A stretch of DNA of 44,438 bases. It comes from Candidatus Krumholzibacteriaceae bacterium. GTDB taxonomy: Archaea; Thermoproteota; Bathyarchaeia; Bathyarchaeales; SOJC01. Under the pieces are notes generated by a model, which saw only the letters and a program-made list of their open reading frames with translations, made no database searches and was not told the DNA's origin. Positions 37,763 through 44,084 of the stretch are shown here, piece after piece. Location: positions 1 to 44,438 of the forward strand of contig DATKLC010000122.1 of NCBI GenBank assembly GCA_035542635.1, read 5' to 3'. The stretch's first letter is position 1; each line of letters opens with the position of its first letter. A program made the position numbers and the translations under genes.

Positions 37763-38090
37763 GAAGCCTGTTGAAGATAAACCCTTAACAGTGCCACAGG
37801 TCAAAAAACTACTGGAATCCATGGGCGAAGAACACTTAGACCAGTTTCAACGCCGGACACTCGATTACACGGCTAAATTCTCGAAAATCGCTCCCGAAAA
37901 CGCAGAAAAATTGATGCAGAAACTGATAAAGGAATACGAGCTGGAACTTGATGAAGCTGTCGAGATAGTTAACTGCATGCCTGAAAGCGTGGAAGAAATT
38001 CGTGTTTTCTTGGGTGGCGGAAAGAAGATTATCGAGACGTCAAAGATAGAGGCAATCTTGTCGCTTTTGAACGAGTACCGCAAAGAGTAA
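37755..38090 (+). CDS. rpoF: DNA-directed RNA polymerase subunit Rpo4 (RpoF)
   Basis: 111-aa helical protein in the conserved L21e-RpoF-DUF655-KsgA neighbourhood (...DEAVEIVNCMPESVEEIRVFL). Confidence 0.75.
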   Translation: MSKKPVEDKPLTVPQVKKLLESMGEEHLDQFQRRTLDYTAKFSKIAPENAEKLMQKLIKEYELELDEAVEIVNCMPESVEEIRVFLGGGKKIIETSKIEAILSLLNEYRKE

Positions 38091-38152
38091 TAAGCGTTTT
38101 AATCTCTATACCTATACTATTTGTTTTGTCTCTTGGAGGCAAATGAGAAAGG

Positions 38153-38713
38153 GTGAGCGCTGAGAAGAGGTACGAGGAACACGGCTACGTGTTAGACTTT
38201 TTGCCGCACGGACGACCAGGCGCGAGGGCGGTGTACAGAGCGGGAGCCCTAGTTCAACTTATAGGCGAAGAATACTTCACACTTCTAGAAGCTATTCTAA
38301 GAGAAGGGTTAACTGCCAAAACGGGCGACAGGCTGTACGTGGGAAAAGAACAGAGAACCGAAATCACTTACATCATGGGCAGAATCGGGTTCGAAGAACT
38401 CACAACAACATCCAAGATGGAGCTTCCTAACGTCATAGAAAAGATAATCCTGAACAGGGAAAAGTGGTTCATCAACTTCTTCAACACTGCCCATGCTATC
38501 ACGCCGCGTATGCACGCCTTAGAATTGATACCAGGCATCGGGAAGAAGTACATGTGGCAAATAATTAACGAACGAGAACGAAAACCCTTTGAAAGCTTCG
38601 TTGACCTGCAAACTCGCGCTAATATTCCCAGCCCCGCAAAGCTGGTGGCAAAAAGAGTTTTGGAAGAGCTGGAGGGCGAAAGCAAATATCGCCTTTTCAC
38701 GCGTGCTCCGTAG
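38153..38713 (+). CDS. DUF655 family protein (putative nucleic-acid binding, HhH)
   Basis: EEHGYVLDFLPHG N-terminus and LELIPGIGKK HhH motif. GTG start. Confidence 0.75.
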   Translation: MSAEKRYEEHGYVLDFLPHGRPGARAVYRAGALVQLIGEEYFTLLEAILREGLTAKTGDRLYVGKEQRTEITYIMGRIGFEELTTTSKMELPNVIEKIILNREKWFINFFNTAHAITPRMHALELIPGIGKKYMWQIINERERKPFESFVDLQTRANIPSPAKLVAKRVLEELEGESKYRLFTRAP

Positions 38714-38723
38714 TGAAAAACTG

Positions 38724-39530
38724 ATGAGTTTAACCGAAAAAACAAAGAAGCTTCTTAAACACCACAGAATTTTTCCGTCAAAACGTTTAGGACAGAATTT
38801 CATGGTTGATGAAGGTTTTTTGCACTCTATGGTTTCTTATGCTTCCCTCAGCAGGGAAGACGTTGTTCTAGAAATCGGCGCGGGTTCAGGTATGCTTACT
38901 CGGGTTCTTTCTCAGCTGGGTGGCAGGGTTATAGCGGTTGAGGTTGACCGTAGGCTTGTTGAAGTCTTGAAGAAGGAATTAGCTGGGTTAGGTAATGTTG
39001 TCGTTATCGAGGGCGATGTGCTTGAGGCGGCGATTCCCGAGTTTAATAAGGTTGTTGCGAACCCTCCGTTTCACATTTCTTCACCAATCCTCTTTTGGCT
39101 GTTGGAGAAGCGTTTTGATTTGGCGGTTTTGACTTTTCAGAAAGAATTCGCTGAACGACTTGTGGCAGATGTGGGAAGCAAGGAATATAGCAGATTAACT
39201 GTGGAAACCTATTACCGCGCCGAAGTGGAACTATTGGAAACTGTGCCTAAAGAGGCGTTTTTTCCGGCACCAGACGTTGATGCGTGTATCGTGCGTTTGA
39301 AGCCACGGAGTGCGCCACCGTTCAGTGTGAAGAATAAAGAAGTGTTTCATGAGCTGGTTCGGACACTTTTTACTCAGCGCAATCGTAAGGTTCGAAACGC
39401 TGTTGCTGGTCTACTTCGTAAGATGGGTAAGAGCGAGAGTCTTGCGGATTCGCTTTTGTTTCACGATAAGCGCGTGCGAGAACTCGCGCCAGAGGATTTT
39501 GGAGCGATCGCTAATGAACTCGCAGATTAA
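38724..39530 (+). CDS. ksgA: 16S rRNA (adenine-N6,N6)-dimethyltransferase KsgA/Dim1
   Basis: LGQNFMVD, EIGAGSGMLT and VVANPPFHISS motifs. I prefer ATG 38724; the track start at 38589 overlaps DUF655. Confidence 0.9.
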   Translation: MSLTEKTKKLLKHHRIFPSKRLGQNFMVDEGFLHSMVSYASLSREDVVLEIGAGSGMLTRVLSQLGGRVIAVEVDRRLVEVLKKELAGLGNVVVIEGDVLEAAIPEFNKVVANPPFHISSPILFWLLEKRFDLAVLTFQKEFAERLVADVGSKEYSRLTVETYYRAEVELLETVPKEAFFPAPDVDACIVRLKPRSAPPFSVKNKEVFHELVRTLFTQRNRKVRNAVAGLLRKMGKSESLADSLLFHDKRVRELAPEDFGAIANELAD

Positions 39531-40125
39531 GAGAATCTTTTTCGACGATTATGTGTTTGATGTTTTTGAGAGTGTTTACAATCCCACCGAGGACAGTTTT
39601 CTCTTAGTCCAAAACTTGACGATCAAAAAGGACGATTTGGTTCTGGACATGGGCACTGGCTGTGGAATACAAGCGGTTTTAGCATCACAGAAAGCTCGAA
39701 AAGTCGTGGCTACCGATATTAATCCTAATGCAGTGCGTTGTGCTGTGCACAATGCCGCGTTGAACAAGGTTGCAGACAAAATAGAAGTGCGCCAAGGAAG
39801 TCTGTTTGAACCCGTGAAAACGGATGAAAAGTTTGACGTTATTGTCTTCAACGCTCCGTATTTGCCGTCTGAAGCTTGGGAAAAGCATGATTTGGCGAGT
39901 TTGGCGTGGGCTGGCGGAGAATCTGGGCGAGGAATTATTGATCGTTTCATCGTCGAGGCGCCCATGCATTTGAAGACTAATGGAAGAATCTTTTTGGTTC
40001 AGTCAACTCTCGCCGATGTCGAGCAGAGTTTGCGGATGTTTGCTGAGCAGGGGTTGGATGTGAAGGTCGTTGCTGAAAGTAAGGTTGCGTTTGAGACGAT
40101 TGTTGTTATCGAGGCGAGGCGTTAG
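39514..40125 (+). CDS. HemK/Mtq2-like N5-glutamine (release-factor) methyltransferase family protein
   Basis: VLDMGTGCGIQAV and FNAPYLP (NPPY-type) motifs. The ATG at 39514 overlaps the ksgA end by 17 nt. Confidence 0.7.
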   Translation: MNSQIKRIFFDDYVFDVFESVYNPTEDSFLLVQNLTIKKDDLVLDMGTGCGIQAVLASQKARKVVATDINPNAVRCAVHNAALNKVADKIEVRQGSLFEPVKTDEKFDVIVFNAPYLPSEAWEKHDLASLAWAGGESGRGIIDRFIVEAPMHLKTNGRIFLVQSTLADVEQSLRMFAEQGLDVKVVAESKVAFETIVVIEARR

Positions 40126-40126
40126 C

Positions 40127-40378
40127 TTACTCTTTGGTCTTCTTTAGTTTTGGGAAGAATTGTCCAACGGTTTTCTGGTAGGCTGTGTATTCGTCGCCGA
40201 ATTTTTGAATCAGGATCTTCTCTTCTTCGCGTACGATTTGTAGGTAACCTGGGATTGCTATAATGGGAATTAGCGCTATTCATGTGAGCCAGATGAGAAA
40301 CAAGCCGGGGAACATTATGAAGTATGCCCAAACATGCGCCCAGAAAGGCTGCTGTGAGGATTTCTGGTAGCATGACAC
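40127..40378 (-). pseudogene. C-terminal remnant of an ICMT/PEMT-family membrane methyltransferase with an in-frame TGA
   Basis: Manual translation: ...FWAHVWAYFIMFPGLFLIWLT*IALIPIIAIPGYLQIVREEEKILIQKFGDEYTAYQKTVGQFFPKLKKTKE*. The REEExL..FG.eY..Y tail is typical of this family. The in-frame TGA is at 40280-40282. At most ~84 codons are available upstream before the preceding gene, so the gene cannot be full length. Confidence 0.45.
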
Positions 40379-40393
40379 CTTGAACTGGGTGGC

Positions 40394-40876
40394 TTATCTG
40401 TATTTTTCTATAACGTAATCTGCGCACCAGCCGATGAATTTTGGGCAGAGTTCCTTTCGAAATTCTTTGTGCTGATATTTTTCCTTTCCTTCTTGTGCTT
40501 GAAGGTCGCATTGCGTCAATACTCTGCATTGGCTACTCCCGAATTCTTTTTCAAAGGCTTTAATCATCTGCCGAACGCTTTCATAAGCAGCGTTTCGTTT
40601 CTCTCTTTCTTCTTCACCCTTCTCACAACCCCTCAGCAAACCAATAGCCATCACAGCACCGCTTAACGCTCCACAGATTTGGCCAGATCTACCAACCCCA
40701 GCGCCAAATCCTGTTGCGATTCGCGGAATTATTGACGATTCTTGGTGGAAATGCTCGCTCAAGGCAAGAAGTACAGATTCTGCGCAGTTATAGCCTGAAT
40801 CGAATCGTTTGACGGCTTTTTCAGCGTTTTTTATCGTCAATTTAGGTTCTCCTTTTCTTTTTGTGATAGGATTCAA
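40394..40876 (-). CDS. C_GCAxxG_C_C family (putative redox-active) protein
   Basis: GYNCAESV, GQICGALSGAVMAIG and SSQCRVLTQC motifs in the family-typical order. Confidence 0.75.
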   Translation of the reverse strand: MNPITKRKGEPKLTIKNAEKAVKRFDSGYNCAESVLLALSEHFHQESSIIPRIATGFGAGVGRSGQICGALSGAVMAIGLLRGCEKGEEEREKRNAAYESVRQMIKAFEKEFGSSQCRVLTQCDLQAQEGKEKYQHKEFRKELCPKFIGWCADYVIEKYR

Positions 40877-41277
40877 GATAAGATTTTTGAGAGAAACTTC
40901 TAGAAATAGGCATGATGTGTCTTATTTTAGACATGGAAGATTGTTGCATAAACTATATGAGTGATGGTTTTACTGTATTTTCTGGAAGAGAAGTGTAGAG
41001 GCTGGAGAAAGGAGTTACCAGAAAATGATTCCTCTACTATTCCCTTCCTTCATCTCATGATTTATGCAGTTGCATTCTATTTATATGTTTTATGTTGAGA
41101 CGGAACGCTCTGCATGAAACACTTCAAAACCTTTCATTACTTATGTCTAATGAGGCTTTCAATAAAGCAGAGCTGATCATTTGAGACCAGGTTTTGAAAC
41201 TTAGGATCACTAATTCTTTTCGTTCAAAGAAAGCTCAAAGAAAAGAGAATGGACAGACTTGGAGTCGTGTATTTCGC

Positions 41278-41436
41278 CTATTCTTCCTTCTTTTTTTCTC
41301 CTTTGACTCCTTCCTTTACTCCTTTCCCAAAGCCCTTTACGACTCCAAACCCTTTTTTCAATCCTTTTCCAACAGCTTCTCCTGTTTTCTCCGCGGCTTG
41401 CTCAGCCTTGCCTTTTTCTTCTTTTTTCTCTGGCAA
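41278..41436 (-). CDS. Small K/G/E-rich hydrophilic protein (52 aa, below the ORF-track cutoff)
   Basis: A strong SD (AGGAGGTG) lies 5 nt upstream of the TTG start. Translation: MPEKKEEKGKAEQAAEKTGEAVGKGLKKGFGVVKGFGKGVKEGVKGEKKKEE*. The plus-strand F/S-rich ORFs here are its antisense shadow. Confidence 0.5.
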   Translation of the reverse strand: MPEKKEEKGKAEQAAEKTGEAVGKGLKKGFGVVKGFGKGVKEGVKGEKKKEE

Positions 41437-41853
41437 TCTCACACCTCCTGAAATCTTACCTACATAAATTCATTAAGCGTCTTGGTCAATAAGATTTATT
41501 GAGGCTTCAATGAAGAAAAACCAGAGAACCATCTTCGAAACTGGACATTGTGATGTCTTATTTTGTTTCTTTTAATACTCTCCAAGCACGAGGATAGTGA
41601 AGGCAAGCAGGGCACCAATTAGTGCTCCCGTAAACTGAAGCCCTCCAGGCTCTATAAGGATGTTCAATCAGGGCTCCTATCAACCATCCAATAATTGCCG
41701 AAAGAAATACTCCTACGAATGCAAATTCAACCTTCAACTCCCATCAAATAGTTATCCATTCATTTATGGAACTGTGCAAAGAAAAATTTCTAGGGGCTCC
41801 ATGAAATCTTTGGCGGAAGTATTAAGACTAAGATTGTCCGAGTTCTTATTGAA

Positions 41854-42282
41854 ATGACGAATATATTCCAGATGAAGCTAAATTCAATTCAGCCAAGCCA
41901 GTTGTATATCAGTTCTGAGAAACTAGGCAGCATAATGAAAAGCCTTGAACAGAGCAAACCTGTGTTTGTTGAACCTATACCAATAAAGAAGCTTGGAAAT
42001 CAAGTCATTTTCGTTGATGGTCATACAAGAGCTTTTGCAGCATTCTTGCTTGGTCTTTCCGAAATTCCAGTCTACTGGGAAAATGAAGATCTTGATTGGG
42101 AAGAATACGAAATTTGTGTTGAATGGTGTAAGGAAGAAGGGATTCACACCATATCAGATCTGAAGAATAGGGTCGTATCTTCAAATGATTACCAAGTTCT
42201 CTGGCTTGATAGATGTGGAAGAATGCAAAGGGACTTGGAAGAAAAGAGAAAAGCTCAGAAAAACCCAGCAAAGACACAATAA
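41854..42282 (+). CDS. ParB/Srx-fold (ParB-like nuclease domain) protein
   Basis: IQPSQLYIS...PIPIKKLGNQVIFVDGHTRAFAAFLLGLSEIPV matches the ParB N-terminal-domain DGHHR-type motif. Lies in a low-GC tract. Confidence 0.6.
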   Translation: MTNIFQMKLNSIQPSQLYISSEKLGSIMKSLEQSKPVFVEPIPIKKLGNQVIFVDGHTRAFAAFLLGLSEIPVYWENEDLDWEEYEICVEWCKEEGIHTISDLKNRVVSSNDYQVLWLDRCGRMQRDLEEKRKAQKNPAKTQ

Positions 42283-42404
42283 CCCTTCGAAAGCTTCGAG
42301 TTTCTGAGTCTTCTGCTTGTGGTCTCAATCGTGTCTTCTGAGAGCTATTGTTCTTCGTTTGCCACAAGACTTAAAAAATTCTAGAATTGCAGAGGGTTTG
42401 TCTA

Positions 42405-42518
42405 TGGTGCAGAGGGTGGGATTCGAACCCACGAACGCCTGCGCGACAGGCTCCTGAAGCAACCGCGTCGCTTTTTATGTGCGACTCTGCGCCTTTGACC
42501 TGGCTCGGCGACCTCTGC
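42405..42518 (-). tRNA. tRNA-Leu(CAG) with a 26-nt non-canonical intron in the anticodon stem (29/30); CCA encoded
   Basis: Hand fold of the minus strand: acceptor GCAGAGG/CCTCTGC; D arm GCC-GAGCCAGGTCAAA-GGC; variable arm CGC-GCAG-GCG; T arm GTGGG-TTCGAAT-CCCAC; A-CCA 3' end. A perfect anticodon stem CAGGC/GCCTG with loop TTCAGGA appears only after removing 42461-42486 (AGTCGCACATAAAAAGCGACGCGGTT). Confidence 0.75.
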
Positions 42519-42651
42519 TCTGGTGGTATTGGTTTATTCTCGAATACTTACTTAAATCTGTCTTGCCACTAGTTGCGTTCAACTCGTATCAGACCGTCCT
42601 GATAGATTCGAAGCAAACGAGAAAAACCCTCCAATACAAGTGAACCAGCGA

Positions 42652-42739
42652 TTCTCTGTTCATATTTGGATCATATTTGGATCCTAATAGGATCATATAG
42701 TGAACGGGGGTAGGGGGAGCGCAGCGCAGATATTCACAC
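42652..42739 (+). repeat. Dispersed intergenic repeat, copy D (four 11-bp units)
   Basis: TTCTCTGTT CATATTTGGATC|ATATTTGGATC|CTAATAGGATC|ATATAGTGAAC|GGGGGTAGGGGGAGCGCAGCGCAGATATTCACAC. Confidence 0.85.
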
Positions 42740-42793
42740 TGAAAACTACCTATACTAGAACAAGCGTGTACACGCACACAAAAAAAAAGGATA

Positions 42794-43591
42794 CTATGCT
42801 TTGGGTTTTATCGCCGAAACTTTAACGCTTGCAACCGTGTTTTCGATTCCTTTCAAGTCTGCACTGCGTATGTTTGCTTCTTTCATGACAGCCTTCGCCG
42901 TTGGATCGTTAATCATCAAATCCAAAGGAAACTGCGTCTCCTCAACCACTTCGACGCCATCAAAACCCGCAGTCTCAATCGCCTCAATGTATTTGTCTTT
43001 CAAGATTGCGCCGGCAAGGCAGCCCACGTACGCTTTGACGCTGCGCTTTATCGCTTCGGGCAACGACTTTAACAGCACGATGTCTGAAACCATCAATCTT
43101 CCACCAGGCTTTAAGACTCTGAAAGCTTCTTTGAAAACACGCGGCTTATCCGGCGACAAATTGATAACACAATTCGAAATCACAACATCCACAGCGCCAT
43201 CCGCAACAGGCAAATTCTCGATTTCACCCAGCCTGAACTCCACGTTCTTATAATTTCCCTTCCTAAGATTTGTCCTCGCCCTGTCAATCATTTCAGGCGT
43301 CATATCAACGCCAATAACACGCCCCTTCGCACCAACTTTCTTAGCAGCTAGGAAACAATCCATACCCGCACCCGAACCCAAATCAAGAACAGTTTCACCC
43401 GACTTCAAAGACGCCAACGCAACCGGATTACCACAACCCAAACTAAGATCCGCACCGGCAGGAATAGAACGCAACTCCTTTTCACTGTACCCTAGTTTTT
43501 CACTGATTCCTTGCCCACAGCAAGAACCCTCTCTTTTCGCCACCTTAGCATAACCTTCCCTAACAATTTTCTTCACTTTCTCCTCTTCCAT
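42794..43591 (-). CDS. arsM: ArsM-like SAM-dependent methyltransferase (arsenite methyltransferase family)
   Basis: N-terminal Cys pair (EGSCCGQG), VLDLGSGAGMDCF, VIGVDMTPEMI and VDVVISNCVINLSPDK motifs. Confidence 0.7.
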   Translation of the reverse strand: MEEEKVKKIVREGYAKVAKREGSCCGQGISEKLGYSEKELRSIPAGADLSLGCGNPVALASLKSGETVLDLGSGAGMDCFLAAKKVGAKGRVIGVDMTPEMIDRARTNLRKGNYKNVEFRLGEIENLPVADGAVDVVISNCVINLSPDKPRVFKEAFRVLKPGGRLMVSDIVLLKSLPEAIKRSVKAYVGCLAGAILKDKYIEAIETAGFDGVEVVEETQFPLDLMINDPTAKAVMKEANIRSADLKGIENTVASVKVSAIKPKA

Positions 43592-43611
43592 CCACGCTCA
43601 CCTCCCGCCTC

Positions 43612-43878
43612 TCACTCAAAGATTCCCCTAAGCATAGGCCCAAGCATATTCTTCACCGAATTGCCAAACCGTTCCGCTTTGACCATCATAAAACAGCATA
43701 TTTCACCCTCACTTTCACAGCCAATTACCGCCAATTTGTCGTTTGGCTTCAGCTTGGCTTTCTCCCTCAAATCCTTCGGAAGAACAACCTGACCCTTCGA
43801 ATCCATGGTTACTATCGCACTGACTCTACAATTACTCTCTTTTGCCATATCAACCATCGCGCACATGATACATTTCAC
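43612..43878 (-). CDS. AbrB/MazE/SpoVT-family DNA-binding protein
   Basis: MDSKGQVVLPKDLREKAKLKPNDKLAV is the swapped-hairpin signature. Lies 20 nt upstream of the arsM-like gene on the same strand. The true start may be an internal ATG, because a TATA-like TTTAAATATT abuts 43878. Confidence 0.65.
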   Translation of the reverse strand: MKCIMCAMVDMAKESNCRVSAIVTMDSKGQVVLPKDLREKAKLKPNDKLAVIGCESEGEICCFMMVKAERFGNSVKNMLGPMLRGIFE

Positions 43879-44084
43879 AATATTTAAACTTATCTGAAAA
43901 TTCAGAAATTTCCTAAAATGTGCCCCTTCACAGAAAGCGCTTCTAGAAATACGTGTTCTATTGTTATTTGATTCTTAACGTATACGCTATAATTATTCCA
44001 ATCGCCGAGAGCACCACCATCGCAATTAATGGACGCACATGTGCCTGCGTGGACGCATGCGCACAAGTATCTTGGATCCGTTTT

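Noticed and set aside
40122-40529. 135-aa minus-strand ORF overlapping the 3' end of the C_GCAxxG gene.
   Set aside because: It is R/P/S-rich and overlaps a well-supported gene. The region is better explained by the ICMT-like remnant in another frame.
41194-41467. Two overlapping plus-strand F/S/L-rich ORFs (85 and 72 aa).
   Set aside because: They are low-complexity antisense shadows of the K/G/E-rich minus-strand ORF, which alone has a strong Shine-Dalgarno sequence.
41560-41740. Minus-strand candidate small TM protein(s): ...EFAFVGVFLSAIIGWLIGALIEHPY in one frame and NILIEPGGLQFTGALIGALLAFTILVLGEY* in the +1 frame.
   Set aside because: The two hydrophobic segments are in different frames, and neither has a convincing start or RBS. 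This could be a frameshifted two-TM pseudogene or two micro-ORFs, and I cannot support either from sequence alone.
42387-42572. 61-aa plus-strand ORF.
   Set aside because: It is fully explained by the minus-strand tRNA-Leu gene. The ORF is an artefact of the GC-rich tRNA sequence.
381-42739. I considered the repeat copies as CRISPR repeats, DGR template/variable repeats, or integron attC-like sites.
   Set aside because: The copies are kilobases apart with no repeat-spacer periodicity. Differences between copies are not adenine-specific, and there is no reverse transcriptase, cas gene or integrase in the window. The elements lack the imperfect inverted-repeat structure of attC.
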